The notes below the pieces were generated by a model. It did not search any database, was not told the origin of the DNA, and was given only the letters and a program-made list of their open reading frames with translations. The position numbers were made by a program, and so were the translations under genes. A stretch of 61,439 nucleotides of DNA, the filler included, from Circinaria calcarea (Eukaryota): the NCBI GenBank assembly GCA_051942165.1. It is 14 parts of 14 records of this genome, joined end to end, with 100 filler letters (N's around TTAATTAATTAA, not from the genome) between each part and the next. Parts side by side here need not be neighbours in the genome. Positions count along the whole stretch, not along the records: positions 48,399 to 52,681 come from JAVECS010002384.1; positions 52,782 to 57,064 come from JAVECS010002385.1; positions 57,165 to 61,439 come from JAVECS010002386.1; 11 more parts are not named here. One strand, given 5' to 3'. Within the stretch, counting starts at the first letter, position 1. Each line of letters starts with the position of its first letter. Below are positions 48,399 through 61,439 of the stretch, in pieces.

Positions 48399-49017
48399 AG
48401 ATGCTGGGGCGAACAGGTAAATGCTGAGACCATGACGCGTCCCAAACCGCCGCAGCGATCCTCCCATGTGCCTATGTCCGGTGCAATATTGCCACAGGTC
48501 CGCAGCGTTTGACCAGATGTTCCGCCATGTATCCGTATCAAAGCCCGGGGCTCCGGGGGACTGATCGTTGAAGAGAGCACCGATGCAGGATCCTGCGTCA
48601 AGAGGTTATTGGGGGGAATACTCCGTCTAGTAACTTGCAGCCCACTCGCAGAGAGCCGAGATACTACTTACCGGCTCTCCAATAAAGAGGCGTGTGGTAT
48701 GTGGCCGCTCCCCTAGACGGACGTGGCCCTTGGCGACCAGGGGCTACAAATTCATAATGATCGTGTATGAAGCTAGGCATGACCCGGATATGGGTACCCA
48801 GCTCGGTCATAATTTGGATAACGACAAGTCGGCAGTCCTCGTATGCAGGACGTCCATAGAGTGTACTGCAAGTGACGCCCACATGGGAGAAATCCGTGTT
48901 GGTGACGCGGCGGGATAGTCCTGGTGGTAGGGAACTGCCAATTTGCGGGTTTGGCTGGATGACATGGGAGGAGATGAAGGGGGAGGAGGAGAAGAAGAGA
49001 AGGATGCAAAGTAACAT
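48399..49017 (-). CDS. Small secreted Cys-containing protein, 3'-partial
   Basis: Signal-like MLLCILLFFSSSPFISS; CSTLYGRPAYEDC...TPLYWRA|GSCIG...DTDTWRNIWSNAADLWQYC...GG. Intron 48593-48671. Confidence 0.7.
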
Positions 49018-50206
49018 TATGGAGAGAGTGAGTCAAGGTCTTGGATGATGAGAAATGGCAATACGAAGGGTACAATCACAGATAACTGAGTATCTATGGC
49101 GCAAGGTGGGAGAAACATGACAGTTTGGAGAGAAGCGCAGATTCCGAGTGCAGTCATCCTCTTCCTCGTCTGCGCCAGAGAGACGAATGCATTGGGAACC
49201 CGGTATAATCTTGAGACTTGGTCCGTCCTTGGTCACAAGTCAATGTCAAACACGTTCGAAACTCGTGGCAGCTGCCGTGGTTTCGGAGAGCCTTGGCGAG
49301 TTGCGAGTAAGAAAGACCCATTCCTACTCGGACAACAGACGCCATTCAAACCAACCAATGCCAGCAATGCCCCGGCCACGATTGGATGCGTGTGGAGATG
49401 TTATTAGTCGTTTGAGATGACGATTGCATCGTGCCTCGAGGCAACAGTTCGGTACATTGCGATGGATCCCCTTCCCGCTCCGCAGTCAGGCAAGAGCTTC
49501 TCATGTGCTGCACTCCATCAGGGCTTTTGATCGGAAAGCACATCACCGTGTTGCTGGACAAGAGAAGCTCGTTGAAGAACGTACTCACGCGGGTGACGGG
49601 AAAAATCCGACACAACCCATCCATAGCTTAGCGATATCTCGCACTAACATTAGTGGGGATTATCGCTAAGGAGTTATGGGGCTCTGTCGCATTTTCTGTC
49701 ACGCGCGTGGTACTCTGTACTGTCCTACAGAGAAGAGCGGAATCGTTCCGGGCCCGAGGATCTTGGCAGTCCCTCGATCACAGTCATGTGCCGGCGATCA
49801 CGCATCTCCATCCGATCTCGCTACCACGTCTCCACCAGTCATGAATGGAATCCGAACAAGCTTCAGCCCGGCAGAGACATCGGTTTCTGGAGAGTTTCAC
49901 GCGAGCCAATCAGCTGTCCGTCAAATGCAGCAATCGGTCTCGCCCGGCTGACGTCACCGGACCGGCAGGGTTCAAGGTACTTTGGTCCAACATCCTGGAC
50001 CTTTGGGCCTCGATTCACCGTCATCGCGCTAAGGCTCAACGGCAGTCGCCAAGAGCAGACTTGACGAATTTGGGTTCAAGTGGGGCTCGAAGCATATGGA
50101 GTGGGGTAGATAAGGAGCGAAGAGTCTGCTCAGTCACCGGAACTTTAAAGTCTCAGCACATTCTACTTCGGCCACGAGCGTTGCTGCTTCATCCATACAA
50201 TCCGAC

Positions 50207-52681
<2,475 letters not shown>

Positions 52682-53596
52682 NNNNNNNNNNNNNNNNNNN
52701 NNNNNNNNNNNNNNNNNNNNNNNNNTTAATTAATTAANNNNNNNNNNNNNNNNNNNNNNNNNNNNNNNNNNNNNNNNNNNNGGATTCCTATACATAATAA
52801 AGGGCGTGACAAGAGGCACGTTATCGCCTCATAGGGTCACATTAAACGTGAAACCCAACCAAAACCTACCACCGCCGCATCCTCCCCCCTCCAGAAGGTA
52901 AAACCCCAGCCTGTCCCGTAACAGGGCTGATTCTCAGCCCTGTGCTAAGCCTGATAAGTAGTCTTATCCGAAGCCTTATCGAAAACAGGAAGCCTTACAT
53001 TGATCATCGAACCTCGACGCCCCGGGGAAAGTAGCCTCGTCCCCGTAAATCATGCACACATACGAGTCGGTGATCAAACTGGTGTGTGACGGATCGAGTT
53101 TATTATTATCGACAAATTACATCTTCATGCACCGTTTGTCTGAGTAGCCCCCTAAGCCACCACGGCACTAGGGGTGAAGCATTTGGAGACGAACATGCAA
53201 TCATCGGTAGGCTCCGTGCAGCTAATTGAACAGAATGGGGACAGCTCTCCCCAGCCTTGTATCGAAGGCTCAATCTCTTTGCATATTCAATGGTTTGAAA
53301 GGGCGTCCGCTGTCTCGACTTGCTTGATTGTCTTCGATCTTGATGCGGTGCTCCTAAACTGTCAATTTGGTGGGACCTGTTATTTGCCAGCGCTTAAATT
53401 ACCATGCCTCCACATGTCGTGCAGTTATGACGAGCACCGTATTTAGGTGCTCGTAATACCTTCTTCTTTGCAACCCATAAATGTCTAGTTTGAAAACGAG
53501 TCATTCATTGTTGCCGTTCTACACAAACCAATTGCTGAGCCGCTAGTACCTTCAAAGGGATAGAAACCGTCTTCTAATTTCTTGAGAATATTCCCC

Positions 53597-56279
53597 ATGG
53601 CCGACCCCTTGTCTTTGGCTGCTAGTATTATCACGGTTATCGGGGCCGTCGACAATGTGGGAAAGTTGCTTGCCAAACTTCAAAGCATGAAGGATGCCCC
53701 TAACGAATTACTCGCCTTAATCAATGAGGTTTCCGATCTCCGACTCGTTCTGGGCGATATTGAGGGCTACATCTTGAATAATGTGGAGAATTCACATCCT
53801 GAACAGCTACGGCACATTCGCCACCTTCTTGGTAGAGCTAAAGACAAATTACAGGACCTTGATGTACTTATCCAGTATCGACTCGTGAAGCCGGGTCATC
53901 GAATGCAAGTGTCTAGACGTAAATGGGCTCAAGCCATAAATACCATCAACGACTTTCGGAGATGCTTGCGTGACATAAGACTGAATATAGTAAGTCAAAT
54001 GATTACGCTCAACTCGTATGTCTCCATCCCTCTTTGACAACCCTGACACCAGAATAATAACTCCGCTAATACATGGTAGCTCTTTCCAATCACGCATCGG
54101 CCTCACAATCGATGAGATACAAATACAACTCGACGAACATACCCGACTTCTTTCAGGTATCGTCAACAGTCAATCTGATCTGCGGGGATTGCTTCGTTTC
54201 GAATCATCATCTAATGAACAAACCCAGTTCGGAGCTGAGCAAACCGGGCTTCAAGCAAATAGCCTAGCTTCGTTTACTGGTGACCAATCATCAAACTCTG
54301 TTATTAGCATCAGTGTACACACGGGTGGCTACCAGAGTGTTCCTTGCCGTTCTGGTTGCAGTTGCACTTGTCACAATTCGTGCAGGTCCAAGTCGCTTCA
54401 CGTATTGATAGGTGCTCTAGGAGCTCTTTACATTGGCTATTCTGGAAACCCTCTTGGCCGAGGATGTACGGTGCCTGGATGCCAGGCTCGAAGAACTATC
54501 CGGGCCTGCGTCAGATACCTTTTCCCCTCTTGGTTCCTTTCCAACATGTTAACAATAAGCATTCTCACTGCAATTTCCCACGAGATCACTGTCTCCCTGA
54601 ATGTCAGAAGAGTCGTTTCAAACTTAGAGAGTTATCGCCTTACTGTTGCAGAGGATATTGAGGGTCTTAAGAACCTGTTTCGGAGAGGCTTGGCTTCTCC
54701 GAATGATTTGGACGTTACCGGAGCTTCTGTTCTGAGCGTAAGTCACCTGTTGTTAGACTATACGGATCTTTGATCGGACTTAAAATACGGACTCCTTGGG
54801 GCTAGACACTTGATACCATATTCTAATCATGAATATAATCTAGGATGCTCTTTCTAGTCGTTCTTACAAAGCCGTCAAGTTTCTACTTCAAGCTGGTGCA
54901 GACCCACACCTTGAAAACTTCGCTGGAATGTAAGGTGGCTAAGCTAGTTGTTCCTTTCAAATTCTATGCTGATTGAATTTTGCAGGTCGGCGTTCGAGAT
55001 GGCATGGAAGATGATCTTCGAAAAACCCAATGATCAAGCCTCGCAAGATCTACGCAACTTATTCCCAGACAACGGCGACTATTTAGATGAATGTCGGTTC
55101 TCAAAGCTTCACATGATAGTCCTTGGTATAATCTCTGGTAATATTGAAGAAGAGTTGGCTGTGGGTGGCACGGACCTTAGCGTATCAGACTCTTATGGCA
55201 ATACAGCATTAATATGGGCGGCTCGACGGGGTGATACATCAGCAGTCAAGCTTCTTCTCGAAGCCAAGTCTGATCCAAACGCAAATGCCTATACTGCGAA
55301 CCAAGATGGGCCATTACTCAACGCTGCGAAATCATGCAATACTACAGTCATTAGGCTTCTATTAAAGGCCGGCGCTGATCCTTCTCAGGTTGGTAGAAAT
55401 TCCTGTAACTCATTACACCGTGTGATAGCTTCTGCAGACAACAAGGACGCCGTGGAATGTTTGTTGACAGCAGGCGTGGACATCCACGGCAGGGACAGTA
55501 GTGGCGCCACTCCGCTAACTTATACCGTCGTGGTAAACTCCGTCATTTCTGCAGAGGTCTTGTTGGAATGGGGAGCGGATATTGATGCTCCAGACAAGCA
55601 AGGAGACACACCCCTCCATGAGTCTCTTTATTATCATAGCGATAGAGTAACAGAGCTGTTGTTGAAGCGTGGAGCCAACTACAACTTGTGTGACAGCGCT
55701 GGTAGCTCTGTTTTACACTCCGCAGCCATTTCTGGGGGTTTGAGAACACTTGAAATCTTACAAGCCGCGTGCCTAAAGAACGTGGATCCGCAAGCACTCA
55801 ATCCCCAAGGTAAAACAGCGCTACAGTTGGCTCGACAATGCCAACCAAAGGAGGAAGGGTTTCTCGAAAAGTTTGAAGAGTTAATTGCCGATATTTACAA
55901 GCGGAATGCCAGAGAGAGTGGGTTGAGGGGAAAGGATAATGAAGCGGGAATGAGTATCAAGGATATCCTCCATGGGACTGCGGAGCAAACGTATTCGCCA
56001 ACAGCCAACCAGGCCACCACAAGCATTTTCACTCTCTCCAAATGGACGGGATTTGGCTGGGCTAGATCGATGAGATGTGGACCCAACTCGGCCTTGATGA
56101 GAGATCAGCGTAATCCGCCAGTGCAATCAACGTGCTTATCTATTATATTCTACTTTTTTCTAGGCTTGGGCTGGGCGGGCCTAATCTACACACAACTCTG
56201 GTTGGGGAGAACCAAAGCGGAAATCCAAGTCGCCCAACCTGATGTCAGCATATGGGACACTACGAATCGTTTAGAGTGA
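53597..56279 (+). CDS. HeLo-like N-terminal domain, Cys/His-rich linker, ankyrin repeats, C-terminal hydrophobic segment
   Basis: MADPLSLAASIITVI...APNELLALINEVSDLRLVL; CRSGCSCTCH; about seven ankyrin repeats (GNTALIWAA, GATPL, GDTPLH, GKTALQLA). Introns 54016-54079, 54738-54843 and 54930-54985. Confidence 0.85.
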
Positions 56280-56418
56280 TAGTCTGATATTTTTCCAAGT
56301 GTGGGATGGACTGGGCTAATCTACACACAACTCTGGTCGGGGAGATCGAAAACGGAAATTCAAGTTAGATGTCGTGATGTTAGTACGTGAGGTACGGCAA
56401 AATATGCAAAGCAATAGT
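56150..56418 (+). repeat. Diverged 135-nt tandem duplication of the ankyrin gene 3' end
   Basis: CTAATCTACACACAACTCTGG at 56181 and 56316, with similar flanks. Confidence 0.85.
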
Positions 56419-57165
56419 GCAATTAGTCTTCGAAATCTCACGGGAGAGAATTGGCCTTGTCATACACTACACGGGGGTGAAATGGATCCAATAAAAGGTC
56501 CACTTTTGTATGGTTCAGGGAACTAACCACCATCATCAGAGCATACAGGATGAGGAAGGCAAGCAGCCACCATACCAACCATCATCGTCAAGAAGTACGT
56601 CAACATACCAATACAATCTCTACCCACCCGCCCTCCTACCTACGTTTCCCATCTCCATTATCTCTCACCCGAGCTCTGCACCTTACATACATCCTGTTCT
56701 CAACCCAAACTCAAACTCAAACCCAAACCCCGATTCCAACATGTGTCCATCTCCCCTCTTCCCATCAACCCAACTATCCCTCCCTCCTCTCTCACCGACC
56801 AAGTAACGATTTGCGCTGCCCCGTCCACAGAATACACAGTACCCTCTTGTAAGAAATTCTTGTTCGCAGACGAGCTGTGTCCATTTAGGTAGAGGTAGAA
56901 GTGGCCGGCCATATGCACGGAACCTATTTCCCACCATTATAGGGGGTGCCGTAGTTGGGGACAAGCACGGCTACATTTGCGCGTTACAGTCCCGGATATT
57001 TAAATAATTGGGACAATTGGAAAACAAAGGCAAGGAGTGAGGAGGGGAAAGGGAAGTCGTTTTTNNNNNNNNNNNNNNNNNNNNNNNNNNNNNNNNNNNN
57101 NNNNNNNNTTAATTAATTAANNNNNNNNNNNNNNNNNNNNNNNNNNNNNNNNNNNNNNNNNNNNA

Positions 57166-58217
57166 TTGGTAGAGAAGTGCTGCATGCCAGCTAATTCAGC
57201 AATCGGTCCATTCTGTATCGCCCAGAACGCAACCTGTTGTGTCAATACTTACTGCAATGCTGATGAGACTTGCTGTGGTGGTGCATGCTGCCCAAAGGTA
57301 AGTCCGCGTATTGTCTCAGTCAGAGCATCAGAAGGTATGCTAACATGTTTGCCGCTGATTAGCTCACAACCTGCATTCGTGACCAGGACGCCCCAGCATC
57401 TTGCTGCCCGCAAAACTCAACCTGTTCAGGTCCAATCAAGTGCATTGACTTTTCCTCATCTAATTGCGTCAACTCCTTCGACCCTACCTGGGTCCCACCG
57501 CGCAACTGCTGTCCCGCCAGTCTGCCTTACTGCCGCGACTTTCCGGGTTCCGGGCCTGGCTGTTATGCATCCCCGACTCCAAGCAAGAAGGTGGTGGTTT
57601 CAACCACTACCTCAACTGAAGTGGATTTCGTTTCGATACTTAACCTTGCAGCGGTGACAGCTACCTCCAGCATAGATCAGGTAACGACTATTGCAAAGGA
57701 GACTTTGACGCTAGATGTAATCCCACTTGGCGATGGAATGTTTACCTACGCGTTCCCCAGTGTCACCCCAACTCCCGGTATCACTGCCTTGGACACAGTC
57801 TGGAAAATTGATGTACTTACTTCAACCTTGACACTGACTCTGACGGAGACAGTCAAGTCGAGCTCCAAGTCGCAAGTTCCTGGATCAACACGCACCGTTA
57901 CGGTCACCTCAAACACTTCGGCCTCGTCCACGAAAAGTAGCACCAGTACTTCCACCAAGAAAGACTCGACTACCGTGCTCGGCAGCAACACCACCTCGTC
58001 TGCTTCGCCAACCCCGACAATCTGCTTCAACTCCGACAAAGCGACGCTCCTCCCGTGCATAACCTCTACCACTTCTAACACGTCAGCATCTGGTGACGCC
58101 TTTTCCCCGCAAGGGGCCGTGGTCGTTGACACCTCTCAAGCAAAGCGTTCTAAAGCCATGGGCCTCTCGGTTTTGATCATGGTCGTTATGGTAGTCGTAC
58201 CAGCGCTTCAAGGTTGA
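57166..58217 (+). CDS. Cys-rich / Ser-Thr-rich cell-surface protein, probably GPI-anchored, 5'-partial
   Basis: Repeated CC motifs, intron 57298-57362, S/T-rich stalk, hydrophobic C-terminus MGLSVLIMVVMVVVPALQG*. Confidence 0.8.
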
Positions 58218-59728
58218 AGTTGTCAACTGGGAACCAGGTCAGGAGTCTGAGAGGAGACTTTGGTTCCACAACATAAACAACGGGCGGTTGCCAAAGTTCT
58301 ACAATGGGACAGGATCGCTGAAATCAAGGTATTCGAGATGATGGATCATACGCTGTAGCCTACTCATAGTCGTCACGGCGGACATGAATGTGCTGCAAGC
58401 TAAATAGTATCATTTTAAAAAAAGACTCAGCCCAATCAATGTGCACATCGTGATGTATGAGACGACAAGTCCAATGGCTAACCGCGTTGCAACTTGTCGA
58501 CAACTAGGAATGCATGCATGCATGTTCGCGTGGAGCTGCAAAGTATACGTGCCAACTCAGGCGACCGATAAGGTGTCTGATCAAGCATACAAGGTTTGTA
58601 GGCTTGCTACAGTAATTGAACGTTACAATACCTCTAGATAATCTTAGTCACTCTGGAGGATCCTATTTCCTACCTGAACGCAAGCCACCAAGAAAGCTCT
58701 CGCAAGTCCAATGCGGGAAGGGCCCGATTTGCAGAGTTCGTATGCCTAAGCACTGTCAGGGAGATATAAACAGTACACTTGGCCGCTGGGACTTTGTATG
58801 GAAGGCCGATAAGTTACGGAACGCGTTAGCTATCCAGATCAAGCAAACGGAGAGTTGGAATTGTAGTAGTTTCTTCTGAAGAGCGTCCCCAGAGTTCGAG
58901 AAGGTCAATGTTCGGAGATTGGCATCTCGCCTGTGAGTTAATCCGTACACCTTGCCAAGTCTGATTTATAAACTCGATCGTTGGATGTCGAGGGCTAAGT
59001 GGTCCAGAAAATAATAGGTATTTTGACGCTAGGGGCTCGCTAAAGGGGGTGGTCATGAAAAGGGAGGGCTTTGCTCTAACGGAAAAGGTCTTCGGCTTTG
59101 GTTCTGTTTTGTGAATAGTCTCGAACTTAGGAAGGTAATGACAGCACCAGAAGAGAGTATGGACACCTCAAGGCCTTAACTCCTAACGGTAGCCTTGTAC
59201 CAACGTTTCCCGAGATATCCGGGCAACATTAGAGACCGGGCGAGAATCCCAACCGGTACATTTCCCTCAAATGTCACGGTCCATCCGTTCGAGCGTGGTT
59301 ACTTTCACCCCGATAGCGTTTCAACATTTGGCAAAGGAGCCGAGCAATTATTTGTGTCGTGGTATGAGGGTTGTATCAGGTTGTCGGTGCCCAACGCAAC
59401 TCCAGACAGCTTCTCGATGGGTGGGGGTATTTCACCCTCGGCAGGTTTGAAGGCTGCGCTTGGGGGAGGCGCAGCAGCGGAGTGACAGTGAGACGGCAGA
59501 GAAGGTAGAGTCCAAGGTGACATTTGGAATACTGTCGTCGTAGGCATCATGAATGTAAGCGCGGTTTTCCAACCACTCCCGTCTACGCAACTAAAACGGC
59601 ATAAATTTGGAGGAAAGAAGAAGGTGGAAGATTAAGGAATATGCTTCGATGTCTATCCGGGAGTTTTGTAGAAATTGACAATGATTACCAGTATTGCGAA
59701 AGCACCGCGCTGAGATCTTTGATGGCTG

Positions 59729-59764
59729 TGAGCACGAGCACGAGCACGAGCACGAGACACGAGT
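59729..59764. repeat. (GAGCAC)n microsatellite
   Basis: Four perfect units plus degenerate ones. Confidence 0.85.
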
Positions 59765-60466
59765 ACGGTACCTATACTACCTGTACCTGTACCATACGAC
59801 GGACGGCCATTTGGAAGATTCCATTTCTTCCCGAAACCGATACGACTCTTCTCCCCGCCACCGCAACGGGTCTAACCATCTCGGGCTACCTCGGGCTCCC
59901 TTTCAGGCTCATCGGCCCAAGTTTGATCCGGCACCTCCTGACCGGTGAGACCCTTCCGCCGTTGCAGAAGCGAGAGGCAGCAGGCTGATTGGTGCAGAAG
60001 GCAGAAGCAGAAGCAGAGGCGGGAGAAATTGTCATCATCGACTCGAAAGCGTCGAAGGATCTGCATTGCAAATGGTCAGTGTCATCATGGGAGGGAACGA
60101 CGACGCTGGCGCTTGGCAGTCAGATGTCACTTGCGGGCGGAACTCGAACTCGACTCTCTCTCGACTCTTTCGACTCTCGACAGGGCTGTGCTCTTCGCGA
60201 ATGGCACCAACGCCCCCTCTACTCTGTACCCTCTACTAATATCACCACCCCCCCGAACATTACATTGGTCCTGATCTGACTGTATCTCTTTCTCGCTCTC
60301 TGTCATCAACCTCGCTGTTCTCCATCGTGGGAAGTCGCGGAATACGAAGTGATACTAGCATACATCTAATGTCGAATGGATAATTAACGGAATACTCCAT
60401 CATCTCGTTCTGCTTCCAACCTCATGATAATCGCGTCCACCTCCTATCCTATACTCTATTGACGAG

Positions 60467-61439
60467 ATGACTTTCGTCGGCGCAGCAAGCATCGCGCTTG
60501 CGATATGTGCGCCTTTTGTGCATCTCAACATGGCCTCCGCCCAAACAACCGCTCCCAGAAATGGCACTTTACCGTTGTCTCCAAACACTCCCCAATTACA
60601 GCTGACCTCCAGACAAACCCCCGTGCCGAACAGTTTGAATATCGACCCGCTAACTGTCTCTGCTGGAGCCAATGCCAGCGTTGCACAGTTGCAGGTGAGT
60701 AGCATCTGCCTCGGTATCAGTGGCTGTGTTCCCGTCATTGATGTCTAGACAGGAGATAAGAATCGGGGGCGTGACGGTCCTAACTAGCCCAGACAACGTT
60801 GCGGACCTGGACTTAGGCAACTTTGCATACATCAGTTGCGATCCATCGAGGTATAGTGGTGGTAACATTGACGCTGCAAGTCTGATAAGGACAGCCGCCC
60901 AAGAAATCGGCGGCTTCAACCCGGCCAATGATCCCAGAGGCGCCATCGTTCTCTACAGCACCACCTCAGATTACTGTTCATTTATTCCGGACGAAGACTT
61001 CCAGTACCAACGAATATTTACGTCGACAAACGCTACAGATGCGGCAGCATTTGAAAGGGGTTTGGAAGACGACCAAAGTGACGTTTTGACCACGATCCAG
61101 CTGGATCAGTCGAGTGTCAACGGAAACAATATCAACACATTGGGACCATCACCGACGACCGCGGTTGCTATGATCATCTTGTATAGTATCACTGGGATCA
61201 TTACCGCGCTTTTCCTAATCATCATTGTGACCGGCGCAATCCGGGCGCACCGACACCCAGAAAGATATGGACCGAGAACGTTGGTAGGAAGACCGCGCCA
61301 AAGTCGCGCCAAAGGCATTGCAAGAGCCATGTTGGAGACACTCCCGATCGTGAAGTTTGGTGATCATGAAGACATCAAGCCGATGCCAGCAGAAGGAGAT
61401 GTTGAGCTGGGTGAGACTGGAGCTCCAAAACATACAACC
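60467..61439 (+). CDS. Signal peptide, luminal domain, TM; fungal transmembrane RING-H2 ubiquitin ligase type, 3'-partial
   Basis: Intron 60695-60752; AYISCD...IVLYS...C; PTTAVAMIILYSITGIITALFLIIIVTGAIRAHRHPERYGPR...QSRAKGIARAMLETLPIVKF. The RING domain itself lies beyond the window. Confidence 0.75.

Noticed and set aside
49100..50200. Overlapping ORFs upstream of the ENA ATPase
   Set aside because: GC-rich promoter/UTR sequence with no protein features; bacterial-style starts are not meaningful here.
58300..60400. Short ORFs between the GPI-type gene and the RING-type gene
   Set aside because: No domain similarity or coherent exon structure; partly produced by microsatellites.

Overview
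This is eukaryotic DNA from a filamentous ascomycete (Pezizomycotina, judged from short GT-AG introns with CTRAC branch points and from the gene families). It is not one locus: 14 unrelated contigs of about 4.28-4.31 kb, sorted by decreasing length, are joined by 13 artificial 100-nt spacers (N44-TTAATTAATTAA-N44). Many genes are therefore truncated, and adjacency across spacers has no meaning. Recognisable genes: a QDE-2-type Argonaute (DEDD tetrad, one GC-AG intron), the GCN5 bromodomain end, CSN7, the start of a Ccc2-type Cu ATPase, gamma-glutamyltranspeptidase, a SesB/DUF676-NB-ARC-TPR NLR, the divergent RPC82/QCR2 pair, a mitochondrial LEA-like protein, PDAP1/PP28, an ENA-type P-type ATPase, a HeLo-like/ankyrin protein, a GPI-type wall protein and a TM-RING-type ligase start. 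The best unexplained signal is a non-coding array between the convergent GCN5 and CSN7 genes (about 18780-19660): seven copies of GATAGGCCGCTCC, most presented at the top of a hairpin whose stem sequence differs between copies, suggesting a structured multi-site RNA. Also notable is a 176-bp MITE with 5'-CAC termini and a 5-bp TSD (Transib-like geometry) inside a decayed gene. All family assignments are from motif recognition by eye, not database searches.
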